Assembly: GCA_948543815.1 (NCBI GenBank)
Contig: CAOVHW010000002.1
Coordinates: 89,215 to 153,214, forward strand
DNA: 64,000 bases
Direction of reading: 5' to 3'
Source of the DNA: an uncultured Eubacteriales bacterium
Lineage (GTDB): Bacteria > Bacillota > Clostridia > Lachnospirales > CAMVHY01
The translations under genes and the position numbers were made by a program. Positions 22,406-30,609 of this stretch are shown in pieces. The notes beneath the pieces were generated by a model that worked only from the letters and a program-made list of their open reading frames with translations, ran no database searches and was not told where the DNA came from. Each line of letters opens with the position of its first letter. Within the stretch, counting starts at the first letter, position 1.

Positions 22406-22434
22406 AGTGTACCATAAGCAAAAAATAATGTCAA
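22406..22434 (-). promoter_or_regulatory. Promoter of the tRNA Phe-Gly-Gly operon
   Basis: Minus strand reads gcTTGACAttatt..., 17-nt spacer, TACACT, about 20 nt upstream of tRNA-Phe. The -35 context is shared with the second tRNA promoter at 30463-30491. Confidence 0.55.
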
Positions 22435-22456
22435 GCGATTTTCAAAAAATTTTTTT

Positions 22457-22500
22457 AGCAATAAAAAAGTTCTTTTCAAAATAGATAAGAAAAGAACTTT
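22457..22500 (-). terminator. Terminator after spoIVB
   Basis: Stem aaagttctttt / aaaagaacttt overlapping the stop codon, followed by a T-run on the minus strand. Confidence 0.6.
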
Positions 22501-23587
22501 AAATTAAAGTTTCTTGCTTAATCATATTTTCAATAAAAATTCCATAGCCACGAGTTGGTTCGTTAACAAAAACATGAGTTATTGCACCAATTAATTTATT
22601 ATCTTGAATAATTGGACTACCACTCATTCCTTGAATAATACCATTAGTTTTATTTAAAAGATTCTGGTCAGTGATACGGATAATCATCCCTTTTGAGTCA
22701 TCGTTACAAAATTTATTTATGTTTTCAACATAAGCGTCATAATTTTTTATAATACCATCTTCAATATTTGAACGAATAAATGCACGGCCTTCATGTATTT
22801 CATTTTTACGAGCTATCGGCATTTTTTCATTAGGAATATTATTAGAAATCATAGTTAAATCAAGTGCGCCATAAATTCCACACTCATTATTTAATTTTAC
22901 ATCACCAATTTTTTTCGTACATTTTATATTTCCTAAAATTTCACCAGGATTTCCTTTCTCACCTTTAACGACAGAAAGATTATCAGCTTTACGAATATCG
23001 CCAGATTTTACTACCATTAATTGTTGAGTATCAATGTCAGTAATACCATGACCGAGTGCACCAAATTTATTTGTAATAGGATTATAGTAAGTCATAGTAC
23101 CGATGCCTTGGGCTGAATCACGAACCCAAACACCAATTTTATTTTTACCTTTTTCATTTTTAATTGGTTTTATATTTAAGTCGCTAATTTTATTATTATG
23201 TTTCACTTTAAGATTTAGGTAATCATTTTTCTCAACGGTATTAATTAAATCTTCTTTTGTATTTAGATTTTTTCCATTAGCAGCTAAAATTAAATCACCG
23301 GGCGATAATTTTTCAGCAGGTGAGAAATCACCATTGGTAGTTTTAATTTTTTCAGTACCGAGCACAATAATGCCAGAGGTATTGATACGGATACCGATAG
23401 TGATACCGCAAGGGATAACTTCAATATTATTATGATAATGCTGAGAGAAAACATCGTGGTCATTAAGAAATGCAACTTGTTCGTCAGCATTGATTAATTT
23501 TAAATTTAGGAGATTTGTAATAAAAATTATTATGAGTAGGAGTAAGAGATTAGAATTTTTTTTCTCATACATTTTTTTCACTCCCAT
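22499..23587 (-). CDS. spoIVB: SpoIVB peptidase (S55 family, PDZ domain)
   Basis: N-terminal TM helix, PDZ region (LSPGDLILAANGKNL), S55 core GIGTMTYYNPITNKFGALGHGITD and the catalytic-Ser region GMSGSPII. 362 aa. Confidence 0.85.
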   Translation of the reverse strand: MGVKKMYEKKNSNLLLLLIIIFITNLLNLKLINADEQVAFLNDHDVFSQHYHNNIEVIPCGITIGIRINTSGIIVLGTEKIKTTNGDFSPAEKLSPGDLILAANGKNLNTKEDLINTVEKNDYLNLKVKHNNKISDLNIKPIKNEKGKNKIGVWVRDSAQGIGTMTYYNPITNKFGALGHGITDIDTQQLMVVKSGDIRKADNLSVVKGEKGNPGEILGNIKCTKKIGDVKLNNECGIYGALDLTMISNNIPNEKMPIARKNEIHEGRAFIRSNIEDGIIKNYDAYVENINKFCNDDSKGMIIRITDQNLLNKTNGIIQGMSGSPIIQDNKLIGAITHVFVNEPTRGYGIFIENMIKQETLI

Positions 23588-23737
23588 ATAAAAAATTTTT
23601 TACGTATATAAATTATCCGAAATGCTAAATGATTATACTGGCTAATAAAAACTAAAAGGGAAAAATCCGTATGATTAGTAATTGATTGTGGCGTATAATT
23701 CATTTATTATTAGGGAAATAGACAAGGAGTAAAAAAA

Positions 23738-24928
23738 ATGAAAAAGATAGATATCAGTAATAAATATTTTAAAATAAGCTTTAGTATTTTTAGTGTAATA
23801 GCGGCGTCAATATTATTTGAGAAATTCTTAGGAAATATTGATTTTATTTTTGAGAAAATAATTTATGTAGTAAAATTTTCATTCGGAATTTTAGAACCAT
23901 TTATATTTGGATTTTTTATCGCATATTTTCTTAAGCCAATTGTAATTTGGATTGAGGATAAAATTTTTATGCGTATGAAATACAAACGATTACTTTCAGT
24001 TATCACAACTTATATAATTTTTTTAGGCTCACTTATTTGGATATTTATTTATTTAGTTCCAGAAGTTACTTTTAGTATCAAAAAATTCATTTTAATTTTC
24101 CCAGATACCGTTAAAAATTTTAATAAGAGTGGCTACGGATTTTTCTATCAGGTTTTAGATACTTATAATGCTACATTTAATAAAGATTATGATTTGTCAA
24201 ATATTATGGAATTTATTGCGACTCCATTTATAAAAAGTGTTTTGTCATTACCACAAATGGCAGATAATATTTTATCAAGAACATTTGAATTTGCATCGTC
24301 ACTTTTAAATTTTATTTTGGGAATTGTAATTGCATTTTATTTGCTGTGCGATAAGGAACGATTTTATTTAACACTGAAAAAATTAATTTATATAATTTGG
24401 GGCGCAGAAAATACTGAAAAAATTTTTTGCTCGCTTAGTAATTACAATTTTGTTTTCCAAAAATTTATTATCGGTAAAACAATTGATTCAATAATTATCG
24501 CTTTGTTATTTTTTATCATCGGACGTTTTATCAAAGTTCCGTATCTGATACTTTTAAGCTTGATAATTGGAATAAGTAATATGATTCCATATTTCGGACC
24601 ATTTATCGGTGCAATTCCCGTAGTTTTTATCGTATTGTTAAATAATTCGGTGTTAGCATTTTGGGTAGCCGTGATTATTTTTATTTTGCAACAATTTGAT
24701 GGAATAATATTGGGCCCAAAAATTTTAGGAAACTCAACCGGATTAAAACCTCTCGAAGTTATTTTTGCAATTATTATTGGTGGAGCAATGTTTGGAGTAG
24801 TAGGAATGTTTTTTGGCGTACCGGTATTTGCGGTGATATTGAAAATTTTGCGTGACTTATTGAATAAAAAATATGAAGAGGCGAAAGAGAATGGACAATC
24901 CGCAATCGGCAAACAAATTCATTTTTAA
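23738..24928 (+). CDS. AI-2E family transporter (YtvI/PerM-like)
   Basis: About 8 TM helices and the conserved C-terminal block IPYFGPFIGAIP...GLKPLEVIFAIIIGG. 396 aa. AGGAG SD. Confidence 0.75.
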   Translation: MKKIDISNKYFKISFSIFSVIAASILFEKFLGNIDFIFEKIIYVVKFSFGILEPFIFGFFIAYFLKPIVIWIEDKIFMRMKYKRLLSVITTYIIFLGSLIWIFIYLVPEVTFSIKKFILIFPDTVKNFNKSGYGFFYQVLDTYNATFNKDYDLSNIMEFIATPFIKSVLSLPQMADNILSRTFEFASSLLNFILGIVIAFYLLCDKERFYLTLKKLIYIIWGAENTEKIFCSLSNYNFVFQKFIIGKTIDSIIIALLFFIIGRFIKVPYLILLSLIIGISNMIPYFGPFIGAIPVVFIVLLNNSVLAFWVAVIIFILQQFDGIILGPKILGNSTGLKPLEVIFAIIIGGAMFGVVGMFFGVPVFAVILKILRDLLNKKYEEAKENGQSAIGKQIHF

Positions 24929-25694
24929 TTTATTACTTTATCAAATTTTTATAAGTGTGATATTAAATAGATTGCCGAAATCAGAATATAGTTTTGTTTA
25001 TTTCCCATTAATTTCATTATTTATACCGATTATGATTTATTTTTTTAGTGCGCGGCCAAAAATTTCGCAAGTTTTACCGACAAAAAAAATCAGCAAAAAA
25101 AATTTATGTTTGCTGATATTATTTGCATTTTCAATACAACCAGTGATGGAAATTTTTTCGATGTTATCAGCAATTTTTGCAAAAAATCCGACGCAAAATT
25201 TAACTGTGACGTTAGAGACAAAACCATTATGGCTGATAATTTTTTCGATGGCAATTATGCCGGCAATATTTGAGGAAACAATTTTTCGCGGGATAATATT
25301 GTCGGGATATCGAAATGCAAATCGGAGGCTTGCATTTTTTTTGAACGGATTAATTTTTGCGGCAATACATCTCAATTTCCAGCAATTTTTATATGTAATG
25401 ATGATGGGGATAATATTTAGCGTTTTAGTTTTTTATACGCAATCAATTTTTTCGTCAATACTCGTACATTTTATTTTTAACGCAACTCAATTAATGTTTG
25501 CGTTTTACAAATTTGAATTTAGTAATATTTTTATTTTTGGGATGATTTTTGCACCAATTTCATTTTTTTTATTTCGTGCTATTATAAAAAATTGTACGAT
25601 TGAAACAAATGGAAATGAGAAAGGCAAAAAAATTTTGACATTGCCACTTGTTTTATATTTTGCTTTTGCTTTTTATATTATGCATTTTAATTAA
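24891..25694 (+). CDS. CPBP family intramembrane glutamic endopeptidase
   Basis: Polytopic with EETIFRG, FAAIHLN and HFIFN motifs. The start is uncertain: ATG 24891 and the track's 24873 both overlap the upstream gene. Confidence 0.7.
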   Translation: MDNPQSANKFIFNLLLYQIFISVILNRLPKSEYSFVYFPLISLFIPIMIYFFSARPKISQVLPTKKISKKNLCLLILFAFSIQPVMEIFSMLSAIFAKNPTQNLTVTLETKPLWLIIFSMAIMPAIFEETIFRGIILSGYRNANRRLAFFLNGLIFAAIHLNFQQFLYVMMMGIIFSVLVFYTQSIFSSILVHFIFNATQLMFAFYKFEFSNIFIFGMIFAPISFFLFRAIIKNCTIETNGNEKGKKILTLPLVLYFAFAFYIMHFN

Positions 25695-25705
25695 AGGAGA
25701 CCAAA

Positions 25706-26644
25706 ATGAAATTTATTAACGAATTTAAAAATAATGACCGCGTTATCGAACATTTTTTGTGTGCGCAAAAACAATTGATGAAAACTAAAACAGGTAAAAA
25801 TTATTTTTCATTGACCCTACAAGATAAAACTGCAACTATAAATGCAAAGGTTTGGGATATAAATTATAATATCCAAGAATTTGAACAAGGCGATTTTATA
25901 AAAATTGATGCACTTGTCCAAGTCTTTAACGATGAATTACAGTTGAATGTTTCAAAGTTGCGTAAAAGTGAAGTTGGCGAATATGATTTAAAAAATTATG
26001 TGCCTGCTACGTCAAAAAATGTTGACTCTCTTAAAAATGAGTTACAAAAATTTATTTCTTCAGTTGAAAATAATTTTTTGTCGGCACTTTTAAAAAGTTT
26101 TTTTGACGATGAGGAAATGCTTGAAAAATTTTGTACGCATTCTGCCGGAAAATCGATGCATCATAGTTATGTTGGCGGACTTTTGGAACATACGATTTCT
26201 GTGACACAAATTTGTGATTTTATGAGTGCGCGCACAAAATTATCCAATCGTGATATTTTGATAACGGTTGGGCTTTTGCATGATATCGGGAAAATTTATG
26301 AGCTTTCAGATTTCCCCAAAAATGATTATACGTATGATGGTGAGCTGCTCGGCCATATTATTATCGGTTCGGATTTAATCAGCAAAAAAATTTTACAGAT
26401 AAAAAATTTTCCGAACGATTTGCGCAGTCAAATTATTCATTGTATTTTGTCGCATCATGGTGAATATGAATTTGGTTCGCCAAAATTACCGCGTTCGATT
26501 GAAGCGATAATTTTACATTTTGCAGATAATTTAGATGCGAAAACAAAAATGTTTGAGGAAATAGTTGAGGCCGATAGTTCAAATTCGGATTGGACAAATT
26601 ACAATAAATTATTTGCACGAAGATTATTGAAGCCAAATGTATAA
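25706..26644 (+). CDS. yhaM: 3'-5' exoribonuclease YhaM (OB fold plus HD domain)
   Basis: N-terminal OB fold (KTGKNYFSLTLQDKTATINAKVWD) and HD domain (LLHDIGK...ILSHHGEYEFGSPKLP...EAIILHFADNLDAK). 312 aa. Confidence 0.85.
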   Translation: MKFINEFKNNDRVIEHFLCAQKQLMKTKTGKNYFSLTLQDKTATINAKVWDINYNIQEFEQGDFIKIDALVQVFNDELQLNVSKLRKSEVGEYDLKNYVPATSKNVDSLKNELQKFISSVENNFLSALLKSFFDDEEMLEKFCTHSAGKSMHHSYVGGLLEHTISVTQICDFMSARTKLSNRDILITVGLLHDIGKIYELSDFPKNDYTYDGELLGHIIIGSDLISKKILQIKNFPNDLRSQIIHCILSHHGEYEFGSPKLPRSIEAIILHFADNLDAKTKMFEEIVEADSSNSDWTNYNKLFARRLLKPNV

Positions 26645-26951
26645 TGATAGCGAAAAAATATCGGCCGGCGAAATAAATAAATTTACGTGTTGCCCATATC
26701 AATGGTATTATGAAAGATTGTATGGCCGCAAATTTATTTTGGAAGAATTGAAAAAGACAAATCCGAATTATGTAGCGGCGACAAAAAATAAATTTTCGCG
26801 TGGCAATCGTTTTCATAAATATTTTCGAATGAAATACAAATTGCGGCGATTGATATGGATTATTATTTTGACCGCGATAATTCTTTTTGGAGTTTGCTAT
26901 GTTAATTATCTTGGCATTGATAATTTTTTGGAAAATATTTTTTACAGGTAA
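26637..26951 (+). CDS. Cas4-like PD-(D/E)XK nuclease, N-terminal fragment (first Cys motif plus hydrophobic segment)
   Basis: ISAGEINKFTCCPYQWYYERLYG matches the N-terminal Cas4/DUF83 Cys motif, then RGNRFH, then the TM-like stretch LIWIIILTAIILFGV. The ATG overlaps the yhaM stop by 8 nt. The ORF ends inside the overlap with the next ORF. Confidence 0.5.
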   Translation: MYNDSEKISAGEINKFTCCPYQWYYERLYGRKFILEELKKTNPNYVAATKNKFSRGNRFHKYFRMKYKLRRLIWIIILTAIILFGVCYVNYLGIDNFLENIFYR

Positions 26952-27414
26952 AATAAAAAAGCAATGCGTACGTTTTCCAACTTGGCCTTATAAATTAATT
27001 TATTCAGACGAAAAAAATTTTACTGCTGGCTCAAAAATTTTGCTGAGCCAAAAATATAATTTGTCAGGAAAACCTGATTTGATTTATCAAAATATCTTTA
27101 CGAAAAATTTAATTGTGATTGAACTTAAAAGTAGTAAGCGCGGCGATAAAAAAGATTTACGCAGCGGTGATTTTTTACAACTCGTATCTTATTTCATTAT
27201 TGTTGAAGATTGTTTGCAGATAAAACCACGCCGCGGCTATTTGATTTATTCTGATTGTATGTTTCGTGTGCCGAATAAAAAAAAATTTCGTACGCAAGTT
27301 TTTGACTCATTGAAAAAAATGCGTGCAATGCTGAAAGATTCAAATTTCGAGCATAAAAAAAATTTCGCCGTCTGTAAAAATTGTATTTGTCATAATTCGG
27401 TTTGCGACAAATAA
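26887..27414 (+). CDS. Cas4-like PD-(D/E)XK nuclease, C-terminal fragment (catalytic core plus C-terminal Cys cluster)
   Basis: Lies in the +1 frame relative to 26637-26951. Hydrophobic start (first ATG at 26899, MLIILALIIFWKIFF). GKPDLI (motif II Asp), VIELKSSK (ExK), QLVSY (QxxxY) and C-terminal CKNCICHNSVC. Confidence 0.55.
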   Translation: MEFAMLIILALIIFWKIFFTGKIKKQCVRFPTWPYKLIYSDEKNFTAGSKILLSQKYNLSGKPDLIYQNIFTKNLIVIELKSSKRGDKKDLRSGDFLQLVSYFIIVEDCLQIKPRRGYLIYSDCMFRVPNKKKFRTQVFDSLKKMRAMLKDSNFEHKKNFAVCKNCICHNSVCDK

Positions 27415-27427
27415 AGGAGTGATTCGT

Positions 27428-29188
27428 GTGCATAATTTTTATAAAATTGGAGCCGCTTGTCCAATAATAAAACTTACTGATTGTGAATATAATGCAAACG
27501 AAATTTACAAATTAATTACAAGCGCACAAAAATTAAACATTATTATTTTTCCTGAGCTTTGTATGACAGGTGCGACATGTCTCGATTTATTCAAGCAAAA
27601 TGATTTGATAAATAACGCGCAAGAAAATTTTCGTATGCTTTTGAAAAAACTTTCTGACACAAAAATTTTGTATGTGATTGGTTTACCGGTGAAAATTGAA
27701 AATAAATTGTTTAATTGTGCCGCGGTTTGCCAAGGTGAAAATATTCTCGGTCTCGTTCCAAAAATAAATTTATCAGATACAGATAAAAGATATTTCAGTG
27801 CGTGCAAAAAAAATTTTGTTACGCAGATAAATGATATTTGGTTTGGTGATTTGACTTTTTCTGTTAACAATAAATTCACGATGAAAATAAATTTTGGCAC
27901 GGATTTTTCAAATGATGCCGACATAAATTTAAATCTTGCAGCGACACCAATTCAATTAGATGATGATTTTGACGAAACAATTATAAAAGCTATGTGCATA
28001 AAAAATAAAAATGCGTGCGTGTTTATCAATAGTGGATATGGTGAATCAACGACAGATTTTGTTTACAGTGGTAACGGATTTATTTATGAGCGTGAAAAAA
28101 AATTGGCAGCAACTGAAAAATATTCGATGAACACACAATTAATTTATAACGATATTGACATCGATGTTATTGCAACACCGCAAAAAAAAATTTTTGAGCA
28201 AACAATAAAAATAAATTTAGAAGAGTCAAATGAAATTATGCGCAAATTTCCTGTCAATCCATTTTTGACTGATAAAAATCCAGCAGAAATTTTATTCGCA
28301 TTGCGTAATGCAATTGCGACACGATTTAAAAAATCTGGCTGTGAAAAAATAATAATAGGTGTTTCAGGCGGTGTCGATTCAACTTTAACTTTGCTTAATG
28401 CAGTTTTCGTTTGCGATTGCTTAAAAATTTCTCGCGAAAATATTTTAGCGGTAACGATGCCGGGATTTGGAACTACCAATCAAACTTTTACTAATGCCGC
28501 ATTTTTGTTAAAAAGTTTGAACGTGTCACCAAAAGTTATTTCTATCAAAGAATCTTGTATGAAACACTTCGAAGATATTGGGCACGATATAAAAAATATC
28601 AATACAACTTTTGAAAATGCGCAAGTTCGTGAGCGCACACAAATTTTATTTGATTTGGGCAATGAATTTAATGGAATTGTTTTAGGGACGGGCGATATGA
28701 GTGAGGAAGCGCTCGGCTTCTCAACTTATAATGGCGACCATATTTCAAATTATAATCCTAATGCAAATTTACCGAAAACAATTATTTGTGAGCTACTGCG
28801 TTTTATCGCAAATCAAAAATATTTTTCGAATGAAATAAATTTGTGCTTGAAAAATATTTTGCAGACACCAATTAGTCCTGAACTTTTACCGATTGATAAA
28901 AATGGTGAAACTTCGCAGCACACCGAAAATATTGTTGGGCCGTATGAACTTATCGATTTTTTTATTTATTATTTATTGAAATATGGTTTTGCAAAACAAA
29001 AAATTATATTTATGGCGCAAAAAACATTTGAAAATTATTCATCATCGCAAATTGAAAAATATTTTGATGAATTTTATCGGCGATTTATAAAACAGCAATT
29101 TAAACGTTCTTGTGCAACTGATAGCCCACAAATTTTTAGTTTTGGATTTTCACCACGTAATTCATTTTTAATGCCTTCAGATATTTAA
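27428..29188 (+). CDS. nadE: NAD+ synthase, two-domain type (CN-hydrolase-like N-terminal domain plus synthetase domain)
   Basis: N-terminal FPELC and VPK motifs. C-terminal PP-loop synthetase domain (IIGVSGGVDSTL, GTGDMSEEALGF). GGAG lies 8 nt before GTG 27428. Confidence 0.8.
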   Translation: MHNFYKIGAACPIIKLTDCEYNANEIYKLITSAQKLNIIIFPELCMTGATCLDLFKQNDLINNAQENFRMLLKKLSDTKILYVIGLPVKIENKLFNCAAVCQGENILGLVPKINLSDTDKRYFSACKKNFVTQINDIWFGDLTFSVNNKFTMKINFGTDFSNDADINLNLAATPIQLDDDFDETIIKAMCIKNKNACVFINSGYGESTTDFVYSGNGFIYEREKKLAATEKYSMNTQLIYNDIDIDVIATPQKKIFEQTIKINLEESNEIMRKFPVNPFLTDKNPAEILFALRNAIATRFKKSGCEKIIIGVSGGVDSTLTLLNAVFVCDCLKISRENILAVTMPGFGTTNQTFTNAAFLLKSLNVSPKVISIKESCMKHFEDIGHDIKNINTTFENAQVRERTQILFDLGNEFNGIVLGTGDMSEEALGFSTYNGDHISNYNPNANLPKTIICELLRFIANQKYFSNEINLCLKNILQTPISPELLPIDKNGETSQHTENIVGPYELIDFFIYYLLKYGFAKQKIIFMAQKTFENYSSSQIEKYFDEFYRRFIKQQFKRSCATDSPQIFSFGFSPRNSFLMPSDI

Positions 29189-29191
29189 AAT

Positions 29192-29235
29192 AAAAAAGTT
29201 TTCATTTTGATTTTTAGTCAAATGAAAACTTTTTT
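29192..29235. terminator. Bidirectional terminator between nadE and the 306-aa gene
   Basis: 11-bp stem agttttcattt / aaatgaaaact with a 12-nt loop, flanked by an A-run and a T-run. Confidence 0.65.
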
Positions 29236-29250
29236 CGTTTGTTTTTATTA

Positions 29251-30171
29251 CTATACTGGTTCTTGTTGATTATCATATTGTTCTGAAGGTGGCATTGCTG
29301 ATGCTTCTGGTATTTGTAATGTTGCTGGTTCATCGTTGTTTGTAAATTCTTCTTTTTGTTCTACAGTTGCTTGTGTATTTTGTGGCGGCTCACCAATTTT
29401 ATTTTTTGCCCGAAGTCTTTTTTCGTTACTTTTCTCAAAATAATCCTTTAACCTAGATGGAATGTGAATATTGTATTTTTCTGTAAGCATATAAATTACA
29501 CCAGAGGATAACGCTAGTGAACCGAATATGCCAATTGTTAAACCCAAAGCTAATGGTCCTAAAACAATACCTACACTCGCGAAACTACATATAATAGCTG
29601 ATATCATAATAAATAAGTCTAAACACAGGATAAATTGGTAAAAAGAACCCAAAAATTCACACAAAAATTTTTGAAATTTATTAAGTTTGTTTTTCGAATT
29701 ATCACAAGTTTTTGAAGCTCTTACATAATTTTGATGATAAATATCAAAAACATATGATCCAATAGTAGAAGATGGATTTCTTTTATCATAAACAGAACCT
29801 AAATAGTCAAATTCAAAATTAAAATCATTATTACCAAATTTATTTTTTATATACGATATTTGTTCGTCAGTGAAAATAATATTATTCCGATACAAATAAT
29901 CTGCAATTAAGTAAGGAAGTGTGGAATCATTTATTGAGTAAAAAGCTTTTTGCATTTTTGTTCTCATTTTTTTTGTATCATAATTTCCATTTTCATTAAT
30001 TTCCTGTGAATCTAATCCAATACTTTTCAAAAATTCATTTTCATGCAAATGAACTGCAGATATTAACAAATCGTTTAGGCTAAAACATGGAGGTAAAGAG
30101 CTATTTGCAATTCTATTTTTTAAACGGCGTTCAAAAAGTTGTTGCTTTATATCGTAAGGATATTTAGACAT
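29251..30171 (-). CDS. Hypothetical membrane protein with glycine-zipper TM hairpin and P/Q/E-rich tail
   Basis: About 170 aa with no TM, then FILCLDLFIMISAIICSFASVGIVLGPLALGLTIGIFGSLALSSGVIYML, then an acidic P/Q/E-rich C-terminus. GGAG lies 9 nt upstream of the ATG. Confidence 0.6.
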   Translation of the reverse strand: MSKYPYDIKQQLFERRLKNRIANSSLPPCFSLNDLLISAVHLHENEFLKSIGLDSQEINENGNYDTKKMRTKMQKAFYSINDSTLPYLIADYLYRNNIIFTDEQISYIKNKFGNNDFNFEFDYLGSVYDKRNPSSTIGSYVFDIYHQNYVRASKTCDNSKNKLNKFQKFLCEFLGSFYQFILCLDLFIMISAIICSFASVGIVLGPLALGLTIGIFGSLALSSGVIYMLTEKYNIHIPSRLKDYFEKSNEKRLRAKNKIGEPPQNTQATVEQKEEFTNNDEPATLQIPEASAMPPSEQYDNQQEPV

Positions 30172-30195
30172 TTAAATCATCTCCTTATATTTTTA

Positions 30196-30225
30196 ATAAT
30201 AACATAATTATTTTTATAATGTCAA
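30196..30225 (-). promoter_or_regulatory. Putative promoter of the 306-aa gene
   Basis: Minus strand reads TTGACA (30225-30220), 17-18 nt spacer, TTATTA/TATTAT. Confidence 0.4.
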
Positions 30226-30227
30226 AT

Positions 30228-30268
30228 AAAAAAATGAGTTCTGAATTTATACAGAACTCATTTTTTTT
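30228..30268. terminator. Terminator downstream of the tRNA Tyr-Leu operon (bidirectional form)
   Basis: Stem tgagttctg / cagaactca with an 8-nt loop, A7 on the left and T8 on the right. Confidence 0.65.
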
Positions 30269-30273
30269 AATAA

Positions 30274-30359
30274 TGCTCGAAACCGGAATCGAACCGGTAC
30301 GGGATTTAACTCCCGCAGGATTTTAAGTCCTGTGCGTCTACCAATTCCGCCACTCGAGC
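30274..30359 (-). tRNA. tRNA-Leu (UAA)
   Basis: GCTCGAG acceptor, anticodon stem CAGGA/TCCTG with loop CTTAAAA, long variable arm, TTCGATT T loop. 86 nt. Confidence 0.9.
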
Positions 30360-30365
30360 TAAAAA

Positions 30366-30447
30366 TGGGAGAGGAAGGATTCGAACCTTCGAAAGCAATG
30401 CTAACAGATTTACAGTCTGCCCCCTTTGACCGCTCGGGAACTCTCCC
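30366..30447 (-). tRNA. tRNA-Tyr (GUA)
   Basis: GGGAGAG acceptor, anticodon loop CTGTAAA, long variable arm, TTCGAAT T loop. 82 nt. Confidence 0.9.
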
Positions 30448-30462
30448 ACATTTAACTTTTTT

Positions 30463-30491
30463 AGTCTATCATACAATTTTAATAATGTCAA
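30463..30491 (-). promoter_or_regulatory. Promoter of the tRNA Tyr-Leu operon
   Basis: Minus strand reads gcTTGACAttatt..., 17-nt spacer, TAGACT, about 15 nt upstream of tRNA-Tyr. Confidence 0.55.
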
Positions 30492-30609
30492 GCAAAAAAT
30501 AAATTTGTTCATATTTATTTACATATAATTTATTTTTCAAATAAAAAAGTTGGCATAAGAAACAAACAAAAAAAATATCTTAAAAATATATTTAAGGAGG
30601 AGATTTTAT

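Noticed and set aside
24891-25694. The CPBP ('Abi') protease as an abortive-infection or bacteriocin-immunity element.
   Set aside because: The Abi name is historical. No bacteriocin, toxin or phage-related partner gene is adjacent, and the neighbours are an AI-2E transporter and yhaM. The generic protease call is kept.
30306-30512. 68-aa track ORF on the minus strand.
   Set aside because: It overlaps tRNA-Leu(UAA) and tRNA-Tyr(GUA), so it is an artefact.
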